Origin: Candidatus Scalinduaceae bacterium
GTDB lineage: Bacteria; Planctomycetota; Brocadiia; Brocadiales; Scalinduaceae
Assembly: GCA_046759445.1 (NCBI GenBank)
Contig: JBHICG010000017.1
Span: forward strand, 1-52,321
Direction of reading: 5' to 3'
Length of the DNA: 52,321 bases
Made by a program: the position numbers and the translations under genes. Under the pieces are notes generated by a model that worked only from the letters and a program-made list of their open reading frames with translations, did no database searches and had not been told where the DNA came from. Positions 17,935 to 27,722 of the stretch are shown one piece after another. Each line of letters opens with the position of its first letter. Within the stretch, counting starts at the first letter, position 1.

Positions 17935-18199
17935 AGTGTAACAACAATGGAGGTAAAAGGTAACGGGAAGCAAAAAGTTGTTGAAGAAATATGGAGGAGG
18001 ACAAAGATACAAGGTCGAGATGTTACCAAAACTAAAGTTAGACCTGGTTGTTCCAGATGATGCTGTAGATAAAATAGTAAAGACAATAATAACTGAGGCA
18101 AAGACCGGTAGCGTTGGTGATGGCAAAATATTTGTGAGTGATGTAGATACTGCGTACAGAATTCGGACGGGTGAGGAAGGTGACGCTGCCATAACATGA
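17935..18199 (+). pseudogene. glnK: P-II (glnK) pseudogene with N-terminal deletion and a frameshift
   Basis: One frame gives SVTTMEVKGNGKQKVVEEIWR; an extra base near 17997 shifts to GQRYKVEMLPK...RIRTGE; the first ~27 aa are missing. Confidence 0.85.
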
Positions 18200-18295
18200 A
18201 ATAGTTTTCAAATGGAATTGGCCCAAACGAATTCTACTGGATTTTGGCAAATATATAGATACAACAAATAAAATGTCTAAGTGGGTGGATTGAAT

Positions 18296-18338
18296 AAAAC
18301 CTGTGTCTTACTGAGAAGACACAGGTTTTTGTTTTTTT
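18296..18338 (+). terminator. Rho-independent terminator
   Basis: aaaacctgtgtctt-actgag-aagacacaggtttt followed by a T tract. Confidence 0.85.
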
Positions 18339-18424
18339 GAGGAACAGTTTTTTAATCAAGTATACATTACTTCGAAATATTAATATTGTGTGAATTTAAG
18401 ATTACATTTATAGTGTAATAATCT

Positions 18425-18613
18425 ATGTATTTTCTGATAATATGTGAAAAAAAACGATTATACTACGAAACATTTGACGACAGAAAATCATTAGAAGAAC
18501 ACATAAACAGTCGTAAAAGTTTTTTTTATAAGAAATTTAAAAACAATCAGGCGTATATCGTAAAGGGAGAAGAAATCTTTACTGCCAAAAAGCACCCGGA
18601 TGAAACGGAATAA
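18425..18613 (+). CDS. Small hypothetical protein (62 aa)
   Basis: ATG-started ORF in an otherwise empty gap, co-oriented with the kinase; no recognised motif. Confidence 0.5.
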   Translation: MYFLIICEKKRLYYETFDDRKSLEEHINSRKSFFYKKFKNNQAYIVKGEEIFTAKKHPDETE

Positions 18614-18678
18614 GCATTTCTCTAAATAAATAATGCGATATCATGTATTAATTAATTTTTTCAATGAGGTTAATAATT

Positions 18679-19488
18679 ATGTATAAGTTAGGAAAATATC
18701 AATTTGAAAGTTTTAAATACAGACCCGGTCACAGGGCAAATTATGCTGTTTTAACCAAACCCGGAAATAGAGAATGGGGAATGAAGTACTCACCTACTTA
18801 CACTTATGCCAGTGAGTATGATGTGCTGAAGAAATTTTCTCATCCACAGATTCCAAAACGATATGATTCCGGGCGGGAGGAATTATTTGAAAACGATAAA
18901 TTGGTATTGAGAGAACATTTCATCGTCTTACAACATTTTGAAGGCGAGGACATTGTAGAATATTACAAGCAGAAGGGTCTACCAGATTCTGATGAGATAG
19001 AAAATATTGTTAAATACTTTGCAAGTATCTCCGAACCTTTACAATATCTCCATTCTAAGGGATATGCTCATACTGACATTAAACCAGGTCATCTTATTGT
19101 TGACCCAGATACGGGAACAGTTGGCCTAATTGATTTGGAGCTAGCCATAAAAACAGGAGAACTTATAAAGGGTGTGACCATAGAATATGCGTCACCTGAA
19201 CAAAAGCAGATGAACAATTTATTGAAAGATGTCACAGACAGCAGGGGTGAAAAGGCCGTTTTAAAGCAGGTGAAGGTTAATGGAAGAGCTGATTTATACT
19301 CTATTGGGTTAATATTGTATGATGTATTAACGGGTAAATTACGGGCAAATACAAACAATCCTCTAATAGAAATTAATAAAGCAATTCCACAGAAATTGAA
19401 TGAAATAGTTTTGGGACTCCTTGAAGATGACCCGTCAAACAGGATATCTTCGGCAGAGGAACTTAAAGAGGAATTAGAGAACGTGTGA
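18679..19488 (+). CDS. Atypical Ser/Thr (Hanks-type) protein kinase, paralog 2
   Basis: HTDIKPGH, LIDLELA, YASPEQ, ADLYSIG; collinear with 12828-13640. Confidence 0.88.
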   Translation: MYKLGKYQFESFKYRPGHRANYAVLTKPGNREWGMKYSPTYTYASEYDVLKKFSHPQIPKRYDSGREELFENDKLVLREHFIVLQHFEGEDIVEYYKQKGLPDSDEIENIVKYFASISEPLQYLHSKGYAHTDIKPGHLIVDPDTGTVGLIDLELAIKTGELIKGVTIEYASPEQKQMNNLLKDVTDSRGEKAVLKQVKVNGRADLYSIGLILYDVLTGKLRANTNNPLIEINKAIPQKLNEIVLGLLEDDPSNRISSAEELKEELENV

Positions 19489-19545
19489 AACCAGTGATTA
19501 GGAGGAAAAGAAGATTAGAAGTTGGGAGGATAAAAGATTTGAAAG

Positions 19546-19682
19546 ATGAGGAAAAACAGTAATAATATTTTAAAACATTTCAGGGACCCTGACGTATGTC
19601 AATTAACATTTAATTGTGCAATGAAAATATTTCCTCAAGAAGAGAAATATTCACTTGTTGATCAATCCGGCGATCATCCTAA
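19546..19682 (+). pseudogene. Relic of a four-helix-bundle (23S rRNA IVS-like) gene
   Basis: MRKNSNNILKHFRDPDVCQLTFNCAMKIFPQEEKYSLVDQ then frameshifted IRRSS*; preceded by degenerate gaagatta-type repeats. Confidence 0.7.
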
Positions 19683-19703
19683 CCTCTTTAATGCGTTCCA
19701 GAC

Positions 19704-20216
19704 ATGACTCTAGATAAAATAAATGCGGTTATTAATAACATAGAAAAGCTCAAAATGATAATCAGAGACCCAGAACAATTTCTTATAAATAAATATTATA
19801 ATTTAGGGGCCCCAAATGGATTTCGTATAGAACTCCTCACCGCAAGGAAATACAATCTAATTTGTGATAAACTTAAACAGTTTCACTTTGCACATTTTGA
19901 AACGACAGATAGTTGGTTAGAAAAAGAAAAAATGATAAACATGATTCCTGTCAAAAGAATAAGGGAAGTTGTTGCAAGCCATTCATTGGCAAAAAAACCA
20001 AAAAAACTTTTTTGCCCGTACTGTGAAAAATCTGTCATTCCAAAGCGGCTTCATAAATTGGATTTAGTGGATATTGTCCTTTTTCTAATCACTGGAGGTA
20101 TATGGGCAATCTTACTTTTTACGATATATATCTTCATAAGGAGATGCCCTGTTTGCAATTATAACATGAGAGGATTTAAGCCTCTTTCTGAAAACAAAAA
20201 GATAATAGATAATTGA
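19704..20216 (+). CDS. Hypothetical membrane protein with a split Zn-ribbon (LITAF-like layout)
   Basis: CPYC, a hydrophobic hairpin, then CPVC. Confidence 0.7.
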   Translation: MTLDKINAVINNIEKLKMIIRDPEQFLINKYYNLGAPNGFRIELLTARKYNLICDKLKQFHFAHFETTDSWLEKEKMINMIPVKRIREVVASHSLAKKPKKLFCPYCEKSVIPKRLHKLDLVDIVLFLITGGIWAILLFTIYIFIRRCPVCNYNMRGFKPLSENKKIIDN

Positions 20217-20235
20217 ATGTATGGTATTCGAAAGA

Positions 20236-20295
20236 GCCACTAAGTTACTAAGACACGGAGAAGGAAATAATGACTTATCTTAGTGTCTTGGTGGC
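20236..20295. repeat. Short inverted element built from 8-nt units
   Basis: gccac-taagttac-taagacac ... cttagtgtcttggtggc. Confidence 0.55.
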
Positions 20296-20320
20296 AAGAC
20301 TGTTTGACGGATACTCAATA

Positions 20321-20364
20321 ATAAGAGGCGCTGTCTATTTTTCATAATAGACAACGCCTCTTAT
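20321..20364. terminator. Hairpin between convergent genes, likely terminator
   Basis: ataagaggcgctgtctatt / aatagacaacgcctcttat. Confidence 0.7.
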
Positions 20365-20444
20365 CTATAACCTCGCCCTCACTGTTACTAATAACTCAAA
20401 CAAGAATCAAGGATTAGAATATAACACGTTAATCAATGACTTGC

Positions 20445-21791
20445 TTATCTCCTCAGCGTGCTTACGGATTCTAATTGTAGATGATAAGCAATCTCACCAT
20501 GTTGAGTGATATCGAGTCCCTTCTCTTCCTCTTCTTCCGTCGTCCTTAATCCTACAGTATACTTGACAATTAATACAATAATAATACATACGGCAACAGT
20601 AAATGCCCACGTAGCTAAAATACCCACACACTGCTTACCTAGCTGGGTGAGTCCTACCATATCCCAACCAATGAAAAATCCATACACTCCACTACCTTTA
20701 CCTGTTACTAATTCAGTGGCATAGAGCCCAGCGGCAAATGTACCGATCGTTCCACCAATAGCGTGTACTCCAACAACGTCCAGGGCATCATCAAAACCAA
20801 AAAGGGGTTTTAACTTAGTAACAGCAAAGTAGCAACCCACCCCGGCCATAATTCCAATTTGAACCGCACCCAGAGGGCCGACGAAGCCACTGGCAGGTGT
20901 TATGGTTGCTAATCCTGCAATTGCGCCCGTAAGTGCGCCCAGAAATGTTGGTTTCCCTGTAATTAACCATTCGCATACTATCCATACGAATGCAGCAGTA
21001 GCGGCAGAGGTATTAGTCGCCATAAATGCAAACGCAGCCCTACCATCAGCAGCAAGTGCGCTACCACCATTAAAACCAAACCAACCAAACCATAATAAAC
21101 CTGCTCCTAGACACACCATTGGAAGGTTGCAGGGCGGTGTTATATTTTTTCTCTTACGCGGCCCCAGCATCACGGCTAACGTAAGCGCGCCTGCTCCACA
21201 GCATACGTGCACAACCAGCCCACCTGCATAGTCCAAAATGCCCCAGTTGCCCATCCAACCACCACCCCATTGCCAATGACATATTGGATCGTACACAGCG
21301 GTTGCAAAAAGTGGTGCAAAGAGTAACATTGCGCTAAATTTCATACGACCCTCAACTGCCCCCAATACCAGGGCTACTGTGATAACGGCAAACATACACT
21401 GAAATATCATAAAGGTATACTCAGGTATGGTGTTGGCTATTTCCGAAATGGAATCAGGAGTTATACCACGCAAGCCAGTTTTAGCAAGACCTCCAATAAA
21501 ACCTCCATAATCAATACCAAAGGACAGTGTATAACCCCAGAAAATCCATTGAACACTTATGATAGAAATACACATAAAACACATCATGAGCATATTGACT
21601 ATATTTTTTACAGAACATAAACCTCCGTAAAACAAACAGAGGCCAGGAGTCATGAGGAGAACAAGCGCTGCTGAGGCGAGGATCCACGCATTGTCACCTT
21701 TATCAAGAGTACCCTCGTTTGCCCATGCCATAGAAGATGTTGTCACCATAAAGACAAATATTAAAATCGTTAAATAACCAATTTTTTTCAT
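20445..21791 (-). CDS. amtB: Ammonium transporter AmtB (canonical)
   Basis: LMTPGLCLFYGG, FQCMFA, DYAGGLVVH, WFGFNGGS, DDALDVVGVH. Confidence 0.96.
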   Translation of the reverse strand: MKKIGYLTILIFVFMVTTSSMAWANEGTLDKGDNAWILASAALVLLMTPGLCLFYGGLCSVKNIVNMLMMCFMCISIISVQWIFWGYTLSFGIDYGGFIGGLAKTGLRGITPDSISEIANTIPEYTFMIFQCMFAVITVALVLGAVEGRMKFSAMLLFAPLFATAVYDPICHWQWGGGWMGNWGILDYAGGLVVHVCCGAGALTLAVMLGPRKRKNITPPCNLPMVCLGAGLLWFGWFGFNGGSALAADGRAAFAFMATNTSAATAAFVWIVCEWLITGKPTFLGALTGAIAGLATITPASGFVGPLGAVQIGIMAGVGCYFAVTKLKPLFGFDDALDVVGVHAIGGTIGTFAAGLYATELVTGKGSGVYGFFIGWDMVGLTQLGKQCVGILATWAFTVAVCIIIVLIVKYTVGLRTTEEEEEKGLDITQHGEIAYHLQLESVSTLRR

Positions 21792-21879
21792 TCGTTTAAC
21801 CTCCTTTTAAAGTATCGTTCTGAACATCCTACTTTTAAATACCTTGTTTTAAAAATCATGTTACCACAATACATTATTT

Positions 21880-22230
<351 letters not shown>

Positions 22231-22264
22231 CTATTTTAACAATAACAGTTTTACAAGGAAAATT

Positions 22265-22280
22265 AGCATATCGTGTGCCT
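22265..22280 (-). promoter_or_regulatory. Putative sigma54 promoter of glnK-amtB
   Basis: Minus strand AGGCACACGATATGCT, GG-N10-GC, ~47 nt upstream of the glnK ATG. Confidence 0.7.
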
Positions 22281-22516
22281 AACCACGACAAACAATTATA
22301 TTGTTGCTTAAGTATTAATATATAAGACTTTATAATTCTCTTATTTTGAAAAATAATATCTGCCAATTTTGTATGGTCGGCTCATATACACCAATGAGTT
22401 TTTTGTAATAGTCAAATATTCGCCAATTATCCCACTTAATATAAGAGGTTTTGATAGCATAATCTGACTATATTATATTCTGCGGATTGTGTAATTCATT
22501 GATTAAAAACATTACC

Positions 22517-22900
22517 TTATTCACTCGAAATATCATTAGATAAGTCTTCTTCACTGGAATCGCCCAAATGTTTATCGCCAGAACTAATATGTATTGCATC
22601 GTCCAGAGTCGATATGTATATTCGACCATCACCTCCCTTACCAGTTGCTACAACCTTCCTAATAGTTTCTACAACCTTTTCGACTTTATTGTCTGATGCA
22701 ACAAATTCTAATTCTGACCTTTTAACGGCATCTACACTCTCCTCATAAACATTTCCTCGATATACCTGTTTAGTTGTTATTTTAGACTCTCCATATCCTA
22801 AGCCTTCTTTCGTCGTAATCCCATGAAACCCTAATTTATGTAATGCATCTTTCAATTCTATGGTTTTTTCAGGTCTTAAAATAACTTTGATAAGTTTCAC
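22517..22900 (-). CDS. Divergent P-II family protein with acidic C-terminal extension
   Basis: MKLIKVILRPEK, GYGES, VYRG, TGKGGDGRIYI; RIRTGE replaced by HISSGD. Confidence 0.88.
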   Translation of the reverse strand: MKLIKVILRPEKTIELKDALHKLGFHGITTKEGLGYGESKITTKQVYRGNVYEESVDAVKRSELEFVASDNKVEKVVETIRKVVATGKGGDGRIYISTLDDAIHISSGDKHLGDSSEEDLSNDISSE

Positions 22901-23450
22901 AATAAATCACCTTCCTTTCTGTTATTGATATAATACTTAACAAAGTCTGGAACTGTATTTTTTTAGCTATTCTAATCCTTCTTCCATGTACGGTCACAAA
23001 GTGAGAAAGCAATACGGACTAAAAGTCCTTGATTAAATGAGTTTTCGCCAGAATGGCGTCGAGGATTCATATAAGAAAGCGTCACGGATTTCAGCCCGTG
23101 AATATCTACCGTTATGGTTAAGGAGGAACATTCTGTAAGCCGTTTGGGCAGCTCAGGATTATAAGTAAAATCTAAAAGGTTAGAATAAAGATACCCGATT
23201 GTCTATGTATCAAATCCTACATCCCCTCAGGATGGACGAGGATGCTACCAAAGGCCTCGCCACAGCAAATCTTGCCCAAAGGGACACGACATTCCTTTAT
23301 CGAGCTGTGAGATAAGCTGTGCCATTTGGCCTCGCTGAATGAGTAAACATTCAACCGTAATAGATAGCAAAGTGGCGAAGCTAATTCAGCTTTATTGAGT
23401 TGATAGGCAGCGCTCTGCGCATCATACAAAGAAATAATATCTCGCAGCTA

Positions 23451-23477
23451 GATAAGTGGCGCTCCGCGCCACTTATC
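23451..23477. repeat. Perfect 12-bp hairpin, preceded by a degenerate copy at 23401-23428
   Basis: gataagtggcgc-tcc-gcgccacttatc. Confidence 0.7.
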
Positions 23478-23689
23478 ATACAAGCTAACGACTCACTCTT
23501 ACACTACAAAAACTATTCCTGTCTACGACATGCCATTGGCCTGACAGTTTTAAGGAATTTTGGTAACTACACCAAATAACTAAATAAACTTTTAGAACCT
23601 CAGCCGATTAGCCAAGATGACCTTGACTTGACAGCGGGCACCTAAATAAACCCTATATGCGCTTATGTAAGCATTGCGTAGCAACGCCT

Positions 23690-25078
23690 CTATGCATTTT
23701 CCTGAACCGGATAACATGAGGTACCATGAATGTGTATATCCAGGCCTCCCTTCTCAACATCTTCCGACACTCTCATCTTTGAATTATTCTTTTTACCGCC
23801 AATCAATGTGAATATTATATAAGCTAAACCACCAGCCCATACAAATGCGACGACACATGCAATAGCTTGCGAAAATAACTGCCCGTAATGCCCCGTTATT
23901 ACGCCAGAAACACCACCATACGAACCATCAGCAAAAATACCTATTGCGATCAACCCCCAAAAGCCATTTGATCCATGAACTGAGCATGCACCAAGTGGAT
24001 CGTCAACTTTTAATTTGTTTGCAATAAACCATACAGAAAACAAATATAATATGGACCCTAAGAATCCTATCAAAACTGCAGCCCAGGGCGCTACATAGGC
24101 ACACGGAGCGGAAATAGCGACCAGGCCAGCCAGAGCTCCATTACACGCCTCACCAACATCGGTCTTACCTTTCAGCAGGTAAGTAAGAAAAAGCACCGAA
24201 ACAGCCCCAATTGAACCAGAAAGGCATGTATTTGCAGCTATTACAGACATTCTCAAGTCCCCTGCAGCCAGGGTGCTTCCTGCATCGTAACCCAACCAAC
24301 CAAATGCAAGGAGTATCGTTCCAAGAATCATATAGCCTACATTATGGCCCGGTATATCGTTTATTGTGCCATCCTCATTGTATCTTCCGGCTCTTGGCCC
24401 CAGAAAACATGCGCCAACGAAACCAATTGTGCCTCCAATTGCATGTACTACACCTGACCCGGCAAAATCCCTTACGCCTGCGCCATATGGAAGATTCCAT
24501 AACCATCCTTCTCCCCATATCCAATGACCATATACAGGATAGATAAATATATACACAAAGAGAAACATCAGTACGTAGGAACAAAGTTTCATTCTCTCGG
24601 CAATGGCGCCAGCAATTATACTACCTATAAACGTTGCTATAACAGCCTGAAACATAAATAATAATATCACTCTAACGTCATAAGCTTCACCTAATAGCAA
24701 AAAACCACTCAAACCCATGAATGAATTACCTTTTCCCACATGCTGTCCTAGAAACTCAAACCCTCCAAACATCACCCCGAAACCTACAAACCAGTATATG
24801 ACTACACCAAGCGTTGTAGCGATAAAACAATGGGTCATGTAACTCAACATATTCTTTGCTGGAAGCAATCCTCCAAGCAATGCAAAACCCACCTGCATGA
24901 ACCATATCATAAAGCCAGTCAGCAGAATCCATGTAAAGTTATTAGATAAATTTATACCTCTAAGGTCTAATGCGAAGGTGCTTTCACCACTAGGATCTGC
25001 TGCTTCCGAAATACCGAACAATGCAAAAACTGTAATAACAGCAATTAATAAATAAATTAAAATATTTTTAAAATGCAT
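23690..25078 (-). CDS. amt: Ammonium transporter (Amt), non-canonical gate; close paralog of 14301-15860 without the tail
   Basis: FMQVGF, FQAVIATF, DFAGSGVVH, WLGYDAGS, DDPLGACSVHG. Confidence 0.95.
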   Translation of the reverse strand: MHFKNILIYLLIAVITVFALFGISEAADPSGESTFALDLRGINLSNNFTWILLTGFMIWFMQVGFALLGGLLPAKNMLSYMTHCFIATTLGVVIYWFVGFGVMFGGFEFLGQHVGKGNSFMGLSGFLLLGEAYDVRVILLFMFQAVIATFIGSIIAGAIAERMKLCSYVLMFLFVYIFIYPVYGHWIWGEGWLWNLPYGAGVRDFAGSGVVHAIGGTIGFVGACFLGPRAGRYNEDGTINDIPGHNVGYMILGTILLAFGWLGYDAGSTLAAGDLRMSVIAANTCLSGSIGAVSVLFLTYLLKGKTDVGEACNGALAGLVAISAPCAYVAPWAAVLIGFLGSILYLFSVWFIANKLKVDDPLGACSVHGSNGFWGLIAIGIFADGSYGGVSGVITGHYGQLFSQAIACVVAFVWAGGLAYIIFTLIGGKKNNSKMRVSEDVEKGGLDIHIHGTSCYPVQENA

Positions 25079-25279
25079 ACATTCCTCTCCTTTCTAAGTT
25101 ATATAAGTCCGATAAGAAATAAAATTAATGAAAATGCTTTGTGGTGTGAACGTATTTTCAGGTTTGTAATTGTATTAGGATGGTGCATATCAGGTAACAA
25201 ATAATGTATAAAGAATCCTCAGCAATATCTAAGCTTTTTAAATATGCAAAGAAAATCTAATATCTAAACCTTCAGTATG

Positions 25280-25295
25280 CGCAATGGATATACCA
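25280..25295 (-). promoter_or_regulatory. Putative sigma54 promoter of amt 23690-25078
   Basis: Minus strand TGGTATATCCATTGCG matches TGGYAY-N5-TTGC. Confidence 0.65.
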
Positions 25296-25849
25296 AAACA
25301 TGCAACAAGAAGAAATGAAATCTATAACACTTATTATGGCTATAACTTACATATTTTATACTGATTAAAACAGTTATCATAGACTATATTAATTATGGCG
25401 CAAAACTGCCTTACTTAGACCCATATTTTATTTAAGATACTGTATCAATATAACTTACAGCAGATGGGCAAAAACATGGTAGCTTTGTAATATTTTAGCC
25501 ATCTTGATTCTTCTAGTTTATGCAAATAATAAACATCCTTAATCGTTCATACTATTTGCCCTTAAAAAGATAGTGTCGGCAGATTCTTTCACAGTTATTT
25601 TGTGAGTATTTAACCAGCTCTTATTGAATTGGTCAAGTATAAATTAGAGTTTTTTTCGTTACATCTTTCTCCTTAACCGATCAAGTCAGTACTAAAAAAA
25701 GTTTTACGAAATGTAGCAAAAAATATTTTGCCAAAACTTGTCCCTGTATGTTTTGAACAGGGAATTGTCAAAAAATTCCAGTAAGGGTCTAATTCTGAAC
25801 AAACACCCTAATCAATAAAAATGGTTTAATTTTATCTCGTTAGATATAC

Positions 25850-26632
25850 CTACATAGTTTTTACTTCGTTCCATATAATATCCATTTCTTCCAATGAGCA
25901 TTCCTCTATATTTTTACCTGATTCAGCCAAACAGTTTTCTACCTTCTTAAACCTGTCTATAAATTTAGATATACCGCTTCGCAATAAACCTTCAGAATCT
26001 AATTTAAGAAATCTTGAAAGATTTACAATTGCAAATAACAAATCACCCATTTCTTCAGCTACTTGCCCTTGTTTCTTCTGACGTATTGCAACTTTAACTT
26101 CCTCCAGCTCTTCATCCACCTTTGCTATTACATCATCTATCATCTCCCAGTCAAATCCTACACGTGCTACCTTCTTTTGCAGTTTTTGTGCCTTCTGTAA
26201 TGCTGGTAAGTGTTTTGGAATATTATCTACTATTGATTCTTTCTTTTCCCCTTTTTGTTTTGTAGCCGCCTCCTTCTTCTTTATCTCATTCCATTGCGAT
26301 AGCGCATCACTGGCATTATCGAGGGGTTTATTACTAAAAACATGTGGATGCCTTCTTGTCATTTTTTCTAAACAAACATCCAATAAATTATTAATATTAA
26401 ATATATTATTATCATCTGCTATCTGACAATAAAAGATTATCAAAAAAAACAAATCGGCAAGCTCTTCTTTCAACTTTTCCGGATCTCTTGAATCCACTGC
26501 ATCAACAATTTCGTATACTTCTTCTATTAAACAGGATTTCAATGATTCGTGTGTCTGTTCTTTGTCCCATGGGCATCCTTCTTCCCCTCTGAGTTTTTCC
26601 ATTACTTTTATTAAATCTTTAAAAGCTTTCAA
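25850..26632 (-). CDS. mazG: Nucleoside triphosphate pyrophosphohydrolase MazG
   Basis: GCPWDKEQTHESL, EEVYE, EELADL, RRHPHVF, GFDW, EEMGDLLF. Confidence 0.95.
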   Translation of the reverse strand: MKAFKDLIKVMEKLRGEEGCPWDKEQTHESLKSCLIEEVYEIVDAVDSRDPEKLKEELADLFFLIIFYCQIADDNNIFNINNLLDVCLEKMTRRHPHVFSNKPLDNASDALSQWNEIKKKEAATKQKGEKKESIVDNIPKHLPALQKAQKLQKKVARVGFDWEMIDDVIAKVDEELEEVKVAIRQKKQGQVAEEMGDLLFAIVNLSRFLKLDSEGLLRSGISKFIDRFKKVENCLAESGKNIEECSLEEMDIIWNEVKTM

Positions 26633-26656
26633 GAAATTCTAAATCTCCTTCTATTA

Positions 26657-27067
26657 TCATTCCATTTCTTTCTCCAGAATTGTTGGAGCAATTATTTTCT
26701 TAAAACCAGCCCCTTTCGCTTCATCCATAATATTCACTACGAAACCGTAAGGCACCAATTTGTCTGCTTTTAAAACCAGTGTCTCATCTCCTGTATCCAA
26801 AATAGCCCTTCTGAGACTTTTTCCCAGATCTTTTTTATCAACTGGTTTATCCTGCAAAAACAACTGTCCTTCACGGGAGACGGTCAATACCATTCTTTCT
26901 ATTCTACTTGTTTCAGAATGTTTGGTAGAAGGCAACTCCAGCCTTATGTTTGGCTGTTCTACAAAAGTAGATGTAACCATGAAAAAAATCAAAAGTAAAA
27001 ATAGAACGTCCACTATGGGGGCAATATTTATGACTGGTTTTATGAAGCGTTTTTGACGAAACTGCAT
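26657..27067 (-). CDS. exbD: Biopolymer transport protein ExbD/TolR
   Basis: INIAPIVDVLFLLLIFFMV; KADKLVPYG. Confidence 0.93.
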   Translation of the reverse strand: MQFRQKRFIKPVINIAPIVDVLFLLLIFFMVTSTFVEQPNIRLELPSTKHSETSRIERMVLTVSREGQLFLQDKPVDKKDLGKSLRRAILDTGDETLVLKADKLVPYGFVVNIMDEAKGAGFKKIIAPTILEKEME

Positions 27068-27102
27068 AGTTACTTTTTTACATCAAACATCCCTGGCCGA
27101 AA

Positions 27103-27705
27103 TTAATCTTTAGTATAAAGTTTGTTTAAAAGCAACATTGAATATTTTTCCATCTCGAGTATCAGGTTATCAACTTTTCTATCAAAACTGCTGTAAGCAA
27201 TTAATGTCGGTATTGCCACGCTTAACCCTATTATGGTAGTCCTGAGGGCTTGAGCTATCCCCCCAGAAAATGCCTTTGTTTGCCCCAACCCTATCTCTGA
27301 TATTACGTCAAAGACCTGACTCATGCCAAGTACCGTTCCAAGCAATCCAAGGAGTGGGGCAATTGCCGTAATAACCTCCAGTATTATTAACATTCGATCC
27401 AATATCCTGGCTTCTTGTCTTCCTGCCGCCTGGATATCTAATACTTTTTCTTCTCTTGATAAATGATTATTCGCAATTGCTCGCTTAATAATACTGGAAA
27501 ATGGCCCCTTTACGGCATTACATCTTGCTGAGACGACTTGAATATCCTCTGGAGCTTTAATAGCATTTATCACATCTATTAATTCTGGTCTTATTATACG
27601 ACTTCTTCTAAGATTTATGGCTCGTTCCATGATAACCGCAAGGGACAGAACAGAACAAACAAACAAAGGTATCATTATCGGGCCACCGCCTAATAACCAC
27701 TCCAA
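27103..27705 (-). CDS. exbB: MotA/TolQ/ExbB proton channel protein
   Basis: GGPIMIPL, APLLGLLGTVLGM, GIAQALRTTIIGL. Confidence 0.93.
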   Translation of the reverse strand: MEWLLGGGPIMIPLFVCSVLSLAVIMERAINLRRSRIIRPELIDVINAIKAPEDIQVVSARCNAVKGPFSSIIKRAIANNHLSREEKVLDIQAAGRQEARILDRMLIILEVITAIAPLLGLLGTVLGMSQVFDVISEIGLGQTKAFSGGIAQALRTTIIGLSVAIPTLIAYSSFDRKVDNLILEMEKYSMLLLNKLYTKD

Positions 27706-27722
27706 TATATTTCCTCCACTTT

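Noticed and set aside
17978..18199. Intact 73-aa P-II
   Set aside because: It is the downstream frame of a frameshifted pseudogene
23217..23429. 70-aa ORF
   Set aside because: TTG start, no recognisable motif, and it lies in a repeat-rich gap
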